This document shows positions 9,424 through 20,154 of a stretch of DNA of 64,000 bases, in pieces. The stretch is from an uncultured bacterium (GTDB lineage: Bacteria; Verrucomicrobiota; Verrucomicrobiia; Verrucomicrobiales; DEV007), in contig CAXBMO010000003.1 of NCBI GenBank assembly GCA_963977015.1, positions 64,001 through 128,000 of the forward strand, written 5' to 3'. A program made the position numbers and the translations under genes. Positions within the stretch are counted from its first letter, which is position 1; the number at the start of each line of letters is the position of its first letter. The notes beneath the pieces are model-generated. The model was not told where the DNA came from, made no database searches, and saw nothing but the letters and a program-made list of their open reading frames with translations.

Positions 9424-10702
9424 AATTTATGTTGGTGGTGAAATTGCCTCTGAGGACTCTCCCAAACTGGAGAGAGCGGATGTCCTTGTGGAGGACGGTA
9501 AGATCAAAGCGGTTGCTCCGAATCTGAAGATTCCTGAAGGGGCGATAACCATTGACTGTGCTGGGAAGGTAATTCTTCCAAGTTTTTATGATGTCCACGT
9601 TCATGCTCGTGAACCGGGGCAGGAAGGCAAAGAAACGATCGCCACCTGTGCGGACGCGGCCATCAATGGAGGGGTGACCGGAGTTGTGCTGATGCCGAAT
9701 ACTGCACCAAGTATTGACAGTGGGGACCTCGTTCGTGCGGTCTTGGAAAAAGGCAAGGCTACGCCCATCGAGGTAGAGACATCGGGCTGCATCACGAAGC
9801 AAAGGGCGGGGGAGGAATTGGCCGGAATCTCGGGGATGAAATCGGCTGGTGTTGCCTTGCTAACCGATGACGGCTCACCCATCGAAAATCCGCAGGTGCT
9901 GCGAAGGGCGATGGAATACGCCAAGACTTTCGATCTCTTCCTGGCAAGTCATTGCGAAACCATGGCGTTGACGGCCGGGGGGGCCATGAATGAGGGTGCG
10001 GTCTCCTATCGACTGGGCTTGCCTGGAATTCCCGCGATCAGCGAGGAAGTTACCTTGGATCGTGACATCCGAATTGCCCAATACACCGGAACGCACGTGC
10101 ATATTCAACACGTCACAACCGCGAGGGGATTGAACACGATTCGGCGCTTTAAGGAGGAGATGGGTGCCCAAGGATTCCGCGTTAGTTGCGAGGTTTCGCC
10201 GCATCACCTCATTTTCAACGAAGAGGACATTCAAGACTACGACACTCATTACAAGATGAATCCTCCGCTCAGAACTCCGGAAGATAATCTTGGATTGCTG
10301 CAGGGATTGATCGAGGGCGTAATTGACGTCATCGCAACAGATCACGCTCCGCATACCGAGTTCGAAAAAAACACGGACTTTGAGAGTGCGCCATTTGGCA
10401 TTACCGGGCTTGAGACCGCGGTTCCGTCGCTCTACCACCACTTCATCAAACCTGGTAAATTCGGTTGGGATCTTTTGGTAAAGCGATATTCGGCCGAGCC
10501 GCGTCGCCTGATGAAGAAAGAGCCGGTCAAGATTGCTGAAGGCCAGTCGGCTGATCTTGTTGTGTTTGATCCTAACACTTCGACTCACTTCACCAACGAG
10601 TTCATGAAGTCGAAGAGCTCCAACACCCCATTTTTGGACCAACAGTTGGATGGAGCCATTACCGAAGTCCTCTTGAAAGGAAAGGTCCTTCTGAGTCGCT
10701 AG
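9404..10702 (+). CDS. pyrC: dihydroorotase
   Basis: Metal-binding DVHVHAREPG, MPNT, CEVSPHHL, KMNPPLR and ATDHAPH are intact. Follows pyrB. Confidence 0.94.
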   Translation: MTMSKVRIYVGGEIASEDSPKLERADVLVEDGKIKAVAPNLKIPEGAITIDCAGKVILPSFYDVHVHAREPGQEGKETIATCADAAINGGVTGVVLMPNTAPSIDSGDLVRAVLEKGKATPIEVETSGCITKQRAGEELAGISGMKSAGVALLTDDGSPIENPQVLRRAMEYAKTFDLFLASHCETMALTAGGAMNEGAVSYRLGLPGIPAISEEVTLDRDIRIAQYTGTHVHIQHVTTARGLNTIRRFKEEMGAQGFRVSCEVSPHHLIFNEEDIQDYDTHYKMNPPLRTPEDNLGLLQGLIEGVIDVIATDHAPHTEFEKNTDFESAPFGITGLETAVPSLYHHFIKPGKFGWDLLVKRYSAEPRRLMKKEPVKIAEGQSADLVVFDPNTSTHFTNEFMKSKSSNTPFLDQQLDGAITEVLLKGKVLLSR

Positions 10703-10723
10703 CTGAGGAACCGGGTTTTCGGG

Positions 10724-12994
10724 TCAGATTTCGTCCACCACGAAATGCACCCGGTGTAATTCCCCGGTTTCGCTATTTTCGGCCACAATTTGATGTTCTC
10801 CCGGCACGAGAAAGAGAAGGGCCCTCTTCTGATCAATTTCCAAGGTCGGAGAGGACCAGGTGACAAGGCTTGTGGAATTGGTGGCAAGAGACATGACGCG
10901 GCCTCCTTCGATGAGATCAGGATCCAAATAGATGACCATTCCGGGTAAGGGATTGGTGATCTCGAAACGGTCAGGAATAGAAGACTTGGTAATTGCCAAC
11001 TTTTGACGCACCGAGGATGGGGCGCCCTCGAGCCAAGGCGCATAGTGCTCGGGCAATAGAGCGCGCCCTTTCGCATCGTAGTCAAAAACCGTAGCTTCCT
11101 TGATCCAACTGGAGGTCTGGATGAACTCGGACACTGCTGGTTTCGTCGGATCATTCTGCTTATGACCGGTGTTCGGATCTACGTTGACCATTCGTAAAGT
11201 ATCCGGTTGGGGATACCAGGACGCTGGACGGTCCGCATGAAGCCGCTCCATCACGGAATGAAAAATGGGCCCCGCTCCGGCGACACCCGAAAAATGGTCG
11301 AGCGGTGTGTTGTCAAAGTTCCCGACCCAGACTCCGACCGTGTATTCAGGAGTAAAACCAACCGTCCATGCATCGCGATAGTCGGAACTGGTTCCGGTTT
11401 TTGCGGCGACTCGAAACGTCGGAAAGTTCAGCGGATTGCTCCATCCGAAGCTCTGGGCACGAGCTGCGTTATCACTCAGGATATCAGTTAACACGTAGCA
11501 GGCATCCTGATCAAAAAGTCGGGTTCCGGGTTGATCTTCTCCCGGGAAAAAACGGTAGGGTTTTGCGATTCCCAATCGAGCCAGACAGGCATAGGCATTG
11601 GTCAATTCAAGCAGGCGAACCTCGGCGCTTCCTATCGTGAGCCCCAACCCATATTCAGACGGCTCTTTGTCGAGTGAAGTAAGACCCAGCTCCTTGAGTC
11701 TCTCTTGCAACAGTGCTGGCCCGCCCAATTTTCTCAACATCCGGACGGCTGGAATGTTCAAGGAATTCCCCAGCGCCTGCCGAATCAGTACTGGCCCAGC
11801 ATAACTACGATCATAGTTCACCGGACGATAGACACCGGTTGAAGTCGGAAACTCGGTGGGAACGTCTGCCAAAACCGTTGTGGCGGGAAAGCCATTCTCC
11901 AACGCCAAAAGGTAGGTGAAGGGTTTCAGCGCGGATCCCGGGGAGCGGGCGGTCCACGCCCCATTGATCTGGCCGCCGTTTCGGTCGAAGTAATCTCGGG
12001 ATCCGGTCAGGACGCGAATGCTTCCGGTGGAGTTTTCAATGACGACAACGGCAGCGTGAAGAAAGGGGGACGTCAAGCGATGGCGGGCAATGAAGTCGAG
12101 GTGCTCGTCGATCGCTTGGTCCGCATGTTGCTGGAGTTCGAGGTTGAGCGTGGATTGAACGTTGCCCGGGTGTAGCTCATCAGGAAAGAGTTTGGCCATC
12201 AGCTCCACCGCGTGCGGTGCACGGAAGGTGCTCTTGCCTCCGACCAGAACCAGCTCTTCAGCACGAGCTCTCTTCCATCTGCTCTCGTCGATGTGCTCGT
12301 CCTCCAGCATTCGGTCGAGAATCCAAAGCTGTCGCTCCCGGGCACCAGCAAAGTTCTTATAGGGATTGAACCTGGTTGGCTTGTTGGGAAGCGCGGCAAG
12401 GAGGGCGGCTTCTGCGAGTGACAGGTCGGTCAATGGTTTTCCGAAATACCCTTGCGCTGCGGCGCGGCATCCCGTGCGCATGTTTCCGTAGGGCAACCGG
12501 TTGATGTAGTTCTCCAGAATCCACTCCTTGCTGTTGAACATCTCAATTTTTCGACCAGTCACGGACTCGATCACCTTTGCCTTCATTCCTCGGGGACGAG
12601 GGACGTCGGTGATCTTCACCAGCTGTTGCGTGATCGTCGATGCCCCTGAGATTGGATACCCGGCATCAATGGCTTCACCGATTGCCCGGAAGATCGCGAA
12701 AAAATCGATCCCCATGTGATCCCAAAACCGCTTGTCCTCCGCGGCGACGGTCGCGTTGATGAAATCCTCGGGAATCTCATCCAAACTCGCGTAGTCGCTG
12801 ATAACTTCTTCGCCGTTGACGAGGAACCGCCTCAGTGGGCGCCCATCTTCATCGGTAATAACGGTCGAGGGATCATTCGGTTGCGCCAATCCTTCTGGAA
12901 GGGGGACAAACAGCGGTACCAGCCAGAGAAAGGAAACCAGGTTCAGGATTCCAAACACTCCCAAACCAATGATGATCTTCAGGGATCTCTTCAT
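10724..12994 (-). CDS. pbpC: penicillin-binding protein 1C
   Basis: Transglycosylase motifs EDKRF and GASTITQQ, transpeptidase motifs GSALKPF, SLN and KTGTS. Lies downstream of alpha-2-macroglobulin. Confidence 0.92.
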   Translation of the reverse strand: MKRSLKIIIGLGVFGILNLVSFLWLVPLFVPLPEGLAQPNDPSTVITDEDGRPLRRFLVNGEEVISDYASLDEIPEDFINATVAAEDKRFWDHMGIDFFAIFRAIGEAIDAGYPISGASTITQQLVKITDVPRPRGMKAKVIESVTGRKIEMFNSKEWILENYINRLPYGNMRTGCRAAAQGYFGKPLTDLSLAEAALLAALPNKPTRFNPYKNFAGARERQLWILDRMLEDEHIDESRWKRARAEELVLVGGKSTFRAPHAVELMAKLFPDELHPGNVQSTLNLELQQHADQAIDEHLDFIARHRLTSPFLHAAVVVIENSTGSIRVLTGSRDYFDRNGGQINGAWTARSPGSALKPFTYLLALENGFPATTVLADVPTEFPTSTGVYRPVNYDRSYAGPVLIRQALGNSLNIPAVRMLRKLGGPALLQERLKELGLTSLDKEPSEYGLGLTIGSAEVRLLELTNAYACLARLGIAKPYRFFPGEDQPGTRLFDQDACYVLTDILSDNAARAQSFGWSNPLNFPTFRVAAKTGTSSDYRDAWTVGFTPEYTVGVWVGNFDNTPLDHFSGVAGAGPIFHSVMERLHADRPASWYPQPDTLRMVNVDPNTGHKQNDPTKPAVSEFIQTSSWIKEATVFDYDAKGRALLPEHYAPWLEGAPSSVRQKLAITKSSIPDRFEITNPLPGMVIYLDPDLIEGGRVMSLATNSTSLVTWSSPTLEIDQKRALLFLVPGEHQIVAENSETGELHRVHFVVDEI

Positions 12995-13025
12995 TCGACG
13001 TCTTCAGAACTATGAACACAGGGAA

Positions 13026-16000
13026 TTACTTCTGCGCAACCTGGTTCTCCTTCGCAGTTGGCAGACTGGCGGTAATACGAGTGGTGGCGCTGAGGCCGTA
13101 GCGTTGCGGCTCATACATCGCCTCGATTTTGGCCGGGGGAGCGGACACATTCCCCGAGGCAACAACCCGGGCGAGATACTGGATACTGTAAGTACCTTTC
13201 TTCCAAACTTCGTTCGAGAAGAACAGGGCGCGATCCGTCCGAATTTCCTCGTAATCGCGGCGGAGTTGCTTCCAGCGATTCAAGGGTGTGTCGACATTGG
13301 CCCGGTTCTCGAATGCGGGGTTAATCGCCTCAAACACACCGGGCAAGGGGTCATCGATGGCAAGGTAAGTCTCGTTATCATTTGGAATCCCGGTCTCAAG
13401 GTCCACCACCACCAGATCTCCGACTTCAAAATGGGTCGACTCTGTGAGCGCGCCGTCCGGAGCGAGCTTGTAGTAAGTGCGGCGAATTTGAAATCCGCGA
13501 TCCTTTGCTTCCGCGGAAAGTTCTTCCGGTCGAGTTGCCACGGAAATGTTGGCAAAAAGCGGCGCATCGTTTCCGTTTTCAAAGTTCAGGGCTCGAGTTC
13601 GGATATCGCCCTCAAATCCGAAACGGATGTTTTGACTGCTGAACGTTCCCTCGAGGTCGATCGACGGATTCTCGTCTCCCCAGGCAAGACTCATGGAGGC
13701 GGGCTTTGAATCGATGACCTCTTTATCGGCGATATTCGCCAAGGCCAGGAGAGGCCAGGCATTCGCGTAGGTGCTCCCCCAGCCATAGGGTGGCTTTCGG
13801 TGGCTCAAGAGTTGGTTGAGGGTCTCATCCACCGCTGTGCTTTGAGCATCGAGCTTGGTCAGGGCAATCAGCCGAGTCGAAAGCGCGACTCCTTTGCCGT
13901 ACCAACGCATCGTTGATTCCAACTCTTCAGCTTTGAGAAGTTCATTGACGAGAGGCTTTTGTTCAGCGGTACCGCCTTCGAGGATGGCCAAAGCAAGCAG
14001 AGCCTTCGCATCGGACTTCATCTTGTCGCGGTCCTCATAATAGACCTCATGGTAGGACGGTTCTGCTTTTCCGGCGATGGCCAGAGTATAGAGACCGAGG
14101 CATCGATAGTAGTAATCGCTGTCTCCTTGCCCTTCCTGACCCTTTTCCGTGCGGAGCTGGCCGGATAACCATGACCACAGGGAGTCAAGACGCTCCTGTG
14201 GAAGGTCAAATCCTTGTTGTTGACCAAGCGCTAACGCCAATCCTCCCCAAGCGCTCCCCCAAAGCATGGGTTCCTGAGCTCCGGGCCAGTAACTGAGCCC
14301 TCCAGAGTGGGTCTGCATACTCAGCAGGCGGTTGAGCCCGTGGTTAATGGCTTCTGCTTTCTCCTCCTGATCTTTGGTGAGAGATGGAAACGCCTTCTCC
14401 AGACTGTTCATCGTCATCCAGGGAAGTGTCGAGGAGGTCGTTTGTTCAACACAGCCATAGGGATACTGCAGGTTGTATTCCAAGGCATCCAGCGCTTCCA
14501 ACATCCGCGTGTTTGAGATCGTTACATCAATGTCACCCATGCCATTCATGACGTCGGGTCCAAAGCTGGCCAATAGATTACCGTTGGAATTGGGTGCCAA
14601 CCTCACATGGTGAGTTTCACGAAGAAGCGGAACGGGGTACCCAACCCGCAAGCTCGTTTCGACGGAATCGGTTCGGGCCTTCGCATTCTGGTTGAGATCA
14701 CGGATGGTCCATGTCCACGTTGCCTCTCCTGTTTCAACAAACTCCACCGGAAGTCGAATCGCCTCCGTGGACTGCGCCTTGAGATCGATCACGGCTTTCC
14801 AGGCCCCATCGGTGGTAACCGGTTCGATCGCGGCCGGGACAATCTGAAAATTGGTTTCGAGAAACTGAATGGTCTCATCCGGCGTCATGGTGACCTCAAA
14901 CCGACCGTCTTCGTTCGTGGTGTTGTGAACCACCGCTTGAAGCAGGAACTGATCTCCCACATTGGCAAACGCGGGAAGCGCAGGCTCGATCACCACTGGT
15001 TTGTTCACCGTGACTTTGGACGACCCGGAACCATACTGATCCGTGTCGACTCCCAGGGCGACGGCGAAAATCTTGAATTCGGTCAAGTTCTCGGGCGCGG
15101 TGAAGGATGCCGTGACGGTTCCGTCGGCATCACTGAGCAGGGTTCCCTCCCAGAATGCAGTTGCTCGAAAATCCTTTCTCGCATTCTGACGCAGCATGGC
15201 GAGATCACTTCCTCCACCACCTATCATCAACCCCTTGTTGCTATAGTTGCGCTCCTCGGGATTTTCCGTCATCACATCAAAAAGGGTATGCCAGGTTTTC
15301 ACCGACAATGGGTAGGGGCTGTGAAAGACGCTGCCCGGATCGGGGATCTCATAGCCAGTGAGACTTAAAACTCCGCGATCAACCGCATAAAGTGCAACCT
15401 CGGCATTTGCCACCGGCTGCCCCGACGAATCATGGATGCTGGCAACCACCTCCACTTGTGATCCTGGCAATACTTCGGCCTGCGACTGCTGGAACGATAC
15501 GGAAAGAGCGTTTGCTGGCTGACTAACCTTCAGCTCACAGTATCCCAGCTTGTAATCGGTGTCCTGATACTTGTGGGGGCTGTCCTGGGAGCCCCGAATC
15601 ACCAAAACGCTCACGAACAGGTTCGGCGCGTCCGTTCCGGTGATGGGAAGATCAATCATTTGGCTCTTGCTTGAGAGTTCCCGAACAAAGGTCCGGTAGA
15701 CCCCGGCACGTTCGGTGGTGATTAGAGCGGTTCCGAGAATGGGAGAACGAACCATGATCTTGGCGGTGTCGCCAACCACATAGCTCTCCTGATCCGTCAC
15801 CAATTCAATCGCGTCGCCGTCGCGATGCGCCCAATAAACATCTCCATCCCCCCAGATGTATCGCTTGGTGACCGTTTTGATTTTGGACTCATCTCCGGTT
15901 GTCTCCAAGGTGAAGCGGTAGGTTCCACCTTCCGGCAGGGTGACGGTTTGGTTCGCATCCTTTTGCACCGTGACCACCTGTTCGCTCACGGGTTGATAGA

Positions 16001-18419
16001 CCCATTCGTTCTTGTGCCGGATTTGTCCTCCGGCCGTCTTGATTTTGGTTGTCGTCCAAACTTCGCGCTCAATCGTCAATTTGGCTTCCACGCTCCCCTC
16101 GTAAATTTGCTCATCCCGGGTAACCGGCAGCATCTCCAGTTGGATCGGGTTACCGGCCTCGAGCCAGCCATCCGGCAGCTTGAGACCAAGGTAGTAGTCC
16201 GAGGAATGAACCAAAAAGCTGGACTGCTGACTGATGGTTTGCTGGTTGATATCGGTGATATCCACCCCCAGTTGGACGCGAACCGGTTGCTCCAGTTCTC
16301 CAGTTGGAATGAAGTCGAGTTTGGCGACGCTGGAGCCTTCCGGCGAAAGTTCCTCCTCACCGGCTTTGTGCCCGCGAATATTGGGATTCTCCTCCCCAAA
16401 CGTATACGCCTCAAAGTTCGAGGGCCGGAACGTCGACGCGAAGTAGGACGCGTGCCATTGCATCTGGGCCTTGGAGAGAGGCTTACCCCGATAGTAATTC
16501 GCCTTCACCGGTATCTCAATGGCTTCGTTTCCATCGTAGGTTCCCTGCCCGTTGACGTGAACTTCAAAGGTGTTTGGCCGGTAGTCGGCTACCGTGAAAT
16601 AATGGCTCGCAAACCGATCATAGTGATCGTCCTCCGGATCGTTTGGGTTTTTCCCTAACAACGCGTCAAAGTCGAGTTGTGCCCGATAGCTGCCGACATT
16701 TCCCATGGGGATTGGGAAGGAAACATCCAGGGAACCGCGCTCCGAGAAGGAAACATCGCGCTTTGATACCACCATTCCCCTGCTGTCATAGATTGTCAGT
16801 TTGGCATCAAAGGACTTCCCGCGGTTTGGTCGCGCCAACCGGTCTCCATCAGCCATTCTTGTGACCGCCTTGAGGTTTACCGTGTCCCCCGGTTTGTAGA
16901 TCCCCCGATCGCTGAACATGAAGGTCCGGAGGCGGACGTCCGGAGTTCTCCAATACTTTTGATTGATGTCAAACCGCCATGTGGAAAGGCCATACTTCAT
17001 GCTCGGATCAAAGTCCGTTGCATAGCGGTCTTGTCCGTGGCTTGCGACGAGGTAAGTGGTTTCCGCATTGGAACCCGTCAGTGGAAAACTGACGACACCG
17101 TCTTGGTTCGTTGTCTGGGTGGAGAGTTCGGTGTTGTCGGAATCAAAGAGTTGCAGTTCAGCTCCCGGAACGGCTTGGCCTGTTTTGAGGGAAAAGGCGT
17201 AAACCAGAGCCTGATCGCGATTCTTTTTCCATACGATTCCCAGATCGGTGAGCTGAACAATGCTGGAAGCGCCGACGCGATGCTTCTTCAAGTTGGGGTG
17301 ATCCCGGGATTCTCCCTCGACCGCAAGATAGAGACCCGCAGAGGTTCCTTCCGGCAGAATATCGCTCCAATTGATCTCGTAACTGTCGCTATGATCGAGT
17401 TCGCTTTTCAAGGTAATCGTTTCGTCATAGATGACTTTGCCGGGAACCATTTCAAAGGCGGGGTATTTCTGCCCTTCCTCCCAATCGATCTTTTCGGGGT
17501 TGTAGATCGCATAGCCGCGTTTCGCATAGACGAGCGCGTTGCCCTTCAAGTCCTTGACGCGAATTCGGAGGCTTTCCAGGTTCCCGGCCAGGATCTTGAA
17601 CTTGCCTTCTCCGCTGATTGGTTGCGCAACCTCGTAATCGGGGAGGGTAATGAACCCTTCGCGCGGCTCAAACGTGACGGTCGAGCGATAAGCCTCTTCC
17701 AGCTCAAGATCGTCTGTCGCCAGCAATCCCGCCCGGACGAGGAGGTCGTATTTTTGCCCATACTTGAAATCGCCATGCAAGCGGACGCTGCGTTGGAACG
17801 TTTCGATTCTGAGATTCTCGGGCGTCGGCGAGAGTTGAATAAAGCGATCCAAATTGCTGGCAACCGTCTGTTCGATTGCTTTGGAAAATGACACCCCGAT
17901 GGTGGGCTCTGAATTGTAGGGGTTCTCCGCGTAAGAACTCGTCACGGTGAAGGGCCTAACCGAGCCAGCTCCGACGTTGACCCGCTTTTTCAATTGAAAC
18001 TGTCGATCTGAGGCCCGGAGCCCTTCTGGAACCACCAGCTTCCAGTTCTTTCCGACCGGGAGCAGTCGCGAGGGAGAAACGGTCAGAAACCGTTCGGCCG
18101 GAGGAGAGGTGCTGTCCTGACTGCCATAATATTTCCAAAATCGCTCAATCTCGTCAGCGGTCGAATTGCGGACTGTCGCATTCACGGCCTTGCCATCATG
18201 ATCCTCAAAAAAAAGCTCCCTTCCGGCACGGGTGGGAGCAACTGGCGAATTAAAGAGCAGGGTGAATTTGGGGGCTCTACTGGCGTTGTAATAATAACGC
18301 GGATAGTGCTGAAACGTTAGGGCGGAGTCAGCGCTATCCTGATTTGCGGCATCCTGCGAGAAGGCGGGGGCACAAATGGCTGCCGAAAGCAGCGTGGCGA
18401 CGAAGAGAAGTTTTTTCAT
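13026..18419 (-). CDS. bacterial alpha-2-macroglobulin family protein
   Basis: Signal peptide MKKLLFVATLL, SDRGIYKPGDTV, ARKDFRATAFW, thioester motif YPYGCVEQ, C-terminal APPAKIEAMYEP. Confidence 0.95.
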   Translation of the reverse strand: MKKLLFVATLLSAAICAPAFSQDAANQDSADSALTFQHYPRYYYNASRAPKFTLLFNSPVAPTRAGRELFFEDHDGKAVNATVRNSTADEIERFWKYYGSQDSTSPPAERFLTVSPSRLLPVGKNWKLVVPEGLRASDRQFQLKKRVNVGAGSVRPFTVTSSYAENPYNSEPTIGVSFSKAIEQTVASNLDRFIQLSPTPENLRIETFQRSVRLHGDFKYGQKYDLLVRAGLLATDDLELEEAYRSTVTFEPREGFITLPDYEVAQPISGEGKFKILAGNLESLRIRVKDLKGNALVYAKRGYAIYNPEKIDWEEGQKYPAFEMVPGKVIYDETITLKSELDHSDSYEINWSDILPEGTSAGLYLAVEGESRDHPNLKKHRVGASSIVQLTDLGIVWKKNRDQALVYAFSLKTGQAVPGAELQLFDSDNTELSTQTTNQDGVVSFPLTGSNAETTYLVASHGQDRYATDFDPSMKYGLSTWRFDINQKYWRTPDVRLRTFMFSDRGIYKPGDTVNLKAVTRMADGDRLARPNRGKSFDAKLTIYDSRGMVVSKRDVSFSERGSLDVSFPIPMGNVGSYRAQLDFDALLGKNPNDPEDDHYDRFASHYFTVADYRPNTFEVHVNGQGTYDGNEAIEIPVKANYYRGKPLSKAQMQWHASYFASTFRPSNFEAYTFGEENPNIRGHKAGEEELSPEGSSVAKLDFIPTGELEQPVRVQLGVDITDINQQTISQQSSFLVHSSDYYLGLKLPDGWLEAGNPIQLEMLPVTRDEQIYEGSVEAKLTIEREVWTTTKIKTAGGQIRHKNEWVYQPVSEQVVTVQKDANQTVTLPEGGTYRFTLETTGDESKIKTVTKRYIWGDGDVYWAHRDGDAIELVTDQESYVVGDTAKIMVRSPILGTALITTERAGVYRTFVRELSSKSQMIDLPITGTDAPNLFVSVLVIRGSQDSPHKYQDTDYKLGYCELKVSQPANALSVSFQQSQAEVLPGSQVEVVASIHDSSGQPVANAEVALYAVDRGVLSLTGYEIPDPGSVFHSPYPLSVKTWHTLFDVMTENPEERNYSNKGLMIGGGGSDLAMLRQNARKDFRATAFWEGTLLSDADGTVTASFTAPENLTEFKIFAVALGVDTDQYGSGSSKVTVNKPVVIEPALPAFANVGDQFLLQAVVHNTTNEDGRFEVTMTPDETIQFLETNFQIVPAAIEPVTTDGAWKAVIDLKAQSTEAIRLPVEFVETGEATWTWTIRDLNQNAKARTDSVETSLRVGYPVPLLRETHHVRLAPNSNGNLLASFGPDVMNGMGDIDVTISNTRMLEALDALEYNLQYPYGCVEQTTSSTLPWMTMNSLEKAFPSLTKDQEEKAEAINHGLNRLLSMQTHSGGLSYWPGAQEPMLWGSAWGGLALALGQQQGFDLPQERLDSLWSWLSGQLRTEKGQEGQGDSDYYYRCLGLYTLAIAGKAEPSYHEVYYEDRDKMKSDAKALLALAILEGGTAEQKPLVNELLKAEELESTMRWYGKGVALSTRLIALTKLDAQSTAVDETLNQLLSHRKPPYGWGSTYANAWPLLALANIADKEVIDSKPASMSLAWGDENPSIDLEGTFSSQNIRFGFEGDIRTRALNFENGNDAPLFANISVATRPEELSAEAKDRGFQIRRTYYKLAPDGALTESTHFEVGDLVVVDLETGIPNDNETYLAIDDPLPGVFEAINPAFENRANVDTPLNRWKQLRRDYEEIRTDRALFFSNEVWKKGTYSIQYLARVVASGNVSAPPAKIEAMYEPQRYGLSATTRITASLPTAKENQVAQK

Positions 18420-18686
18420 CTTACCGATTGGGTGTGTTTTGATTTCACGAACAATGTGAAAGGCTGCGAAGTAGATTTTATCAGACTGGTATCGGAAACT
18501 GAACGCAAAAAGAGACGGTCCTTTTGAGATTACCCCAGTTTGACGCAATCCCTTTCAAACTTGCGTGATAAAACTCCCCGAATTTTGTAGCGGCAGACAA
18601 CGATTTGGCCCTTTCTCGAAAGCTGCGGAATTGGCTTCTTCCCAATATTGGTTGTGGAGTTGGCGCGCTTTGCTTTACTCGCGCCT

Positions 18687-19403
18687 ATGAACACGAAGGA
18701 AGTTTCAAGAGCGATGATCCTGGCTGCCGGCAGAGGGACGCGAATGAAGAGTCTGACCGACGATGTGCCCAAGCCGATGTTGCCCGTGCAGGGAAAACCG
18801 ATTCTCCAGCACATCGTGGATGGACTCTCGAAGAACGGAGTTCGCGAATTCCTGATCGTGGTCGGTTATCGGAAGGAAGTGATTATGGAGTTTTTTGGCG
18901 ATGGCTCAAAGTTTGGCGTCAAAGTCGAATATGTTGAGCAAGTCACTCAGGATGGAACCGGTAAAGTTGTGGAGTTGGGACGCGGTTTCACCGGAGAGGA
19001 CCCCTTTGTTCTCAGCTACGGTGATATTCTGGTTTCACCGGAAAGCTATGCCCCTCTCGTAGAGCTCGATGGAGACGACGCCCGGATGACGGTCAAAGTT
19101 GATCAGGATGTTTCCAAAGGCGGCGCCGTCTTCATTACGAATGACTATGTCACCGATCTTATTGAAAAGCCTCAACCGGGTCAGCCGACGAGCCCATACT
19201 ACAACGCGGGGATCTACACCTTTACTCCGGAAATTTACGACTACATCGCGAATCTCGAACTGTCTCCTCGGGGTGAATACGAGCTGACTGACGCGATCCG
19301 CAATATGGCGTTGGATGGTAGAAAAGTCCGAGCCGTTGAGCTGAGCGGAGATTGGGCCGATGTGAGGGACCCGGAAGTTCTGGCCGAACTGAACGACGCT
19401 TAA
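18687..19403 (+). CDS. sugar-phosphate nucleotidyltransferase (NTP_transferase family)
   Basis: ILAAGRGTRMKSLTDDVPKPMLPV, SYGD, NAGIY, SPRGEYELTDA. Confidence 0.92.
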   Translation: MNTKEVSRAMILAAGRGTRMKSLTDDVPKPMLPVQGKPILQHIVDGLSKNGVREFLIVVGYRKEVIMEFFGDGSKFGVKVEYVEQVTQDGTGKVVELGRGFTGEDPFVLSYGDILVSPESYAPLVELDGDDARMTVKVDQDVSKGGAVFITNDYVTDLIEKPQPGQPTSPYYNAGIYTFTPEIYDYIANLELSPRGEYELTDAIRNMALDGRKVRAVELSGDWADVRDPEVLAELNDA

Positions 19404-19414
19404 GCGTCGCTGCT

Positions 19415-20044
19415 TCAGGGAACCTTGAACTGAATGGTCTCTCCGGTTCGCTCGGGATCCTGGACTTCCACAGGCGTTCCCGGTGGAATACCGCGAACAT
19501 CAATATCCGGGAGATCACGATTCGGAAGCGTCACATATCCGGAACGTCCGGGGACCGCGACCGCGAACGGGAGATTATTGAGTTTTGGTACCGATGAACT
19601 TGAATCCGCCGCCTTTGAAGAATTGGAACCGATTGATGACTGGCTTGATCGATTCGATGAAACCGGCGTAGAACCGCTGCTCCACGGCGAGGGCGCAGGC
19701 TTTTTGACCTGAGGTTTGGGCTTGGAACTCACGGATGCGCTCCTCGTTGATGAACTCGAAGTGCGATTGCTCGCGTAAGTTTCACGTTTTGGAACTCCTG
19801 CGCCAATCCCGGACCAAATTGACGTTGGTCGGCCGGAAGACATCTGCCGACGCTCCTTTGCCCTCTGTTCCAGCCGCGATTCGAGGCGCGCCAATCCTTT
19901 TTGACTGCGATCACCGATTTCAGCGAACCCTTGGCGAAGGTTCTTGGCAACGGGCTTCAGTTGAGTCGCGGCATTTTCCATGACCACACAACTGCTGAGA
20001 GAGGACGCCAAGAGCAAGGCGAGGAGTGAAATGGGGAGTTTCAT
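19415..20044 (-). CDS. hypothetical lipoprotein with Ser/Pro-rich linker
   Basis: Signal peptide ending SLSSC, a long S/P/K low-complexity region, and a compact C-terminal domain (AVPGRSGYVTLP...DVRGIPPGTPV...FKVP). Confidence 0.75.
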   Translation of the reverse strand: MKLPISLLALLLASSLSSCVVMENAATQLKPVAKNLRQGFAEIGDRSQKGLARLESRLEQRAKERRQMSSGRPTSIWSGIGAGVPKRETYASNRTSSSSTRSASVSSKPKPQVKKPAPSPWSSGSTPVSSNRSSQSSIGSNSSKAADSSSSVPKLNNLPFAVAVPGRSGYVTLPNRDLPDIDVRGIPPGTPVEVQDPERTGETIQFKVP

Positions 20045-20154
20045 TGGTTACGCAGAGTTAATTAAAATTATCAAAATTGTAATCCAGTTCAATTCACTTG
20101 CAAAGGAATGCATGAATCCGGATCAAGCTGAAGGACCAACTCTCCGCAATGCTG

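Noticed and set aside
9404-10702. pyrC as an inactive PyrC' (as in Pseudomonas pyrR-pyrB-pyrC')
   Set aside because: The metal ligands (HVH, ATDHAPH) are intact, so it looks like an active dihydroorotase.
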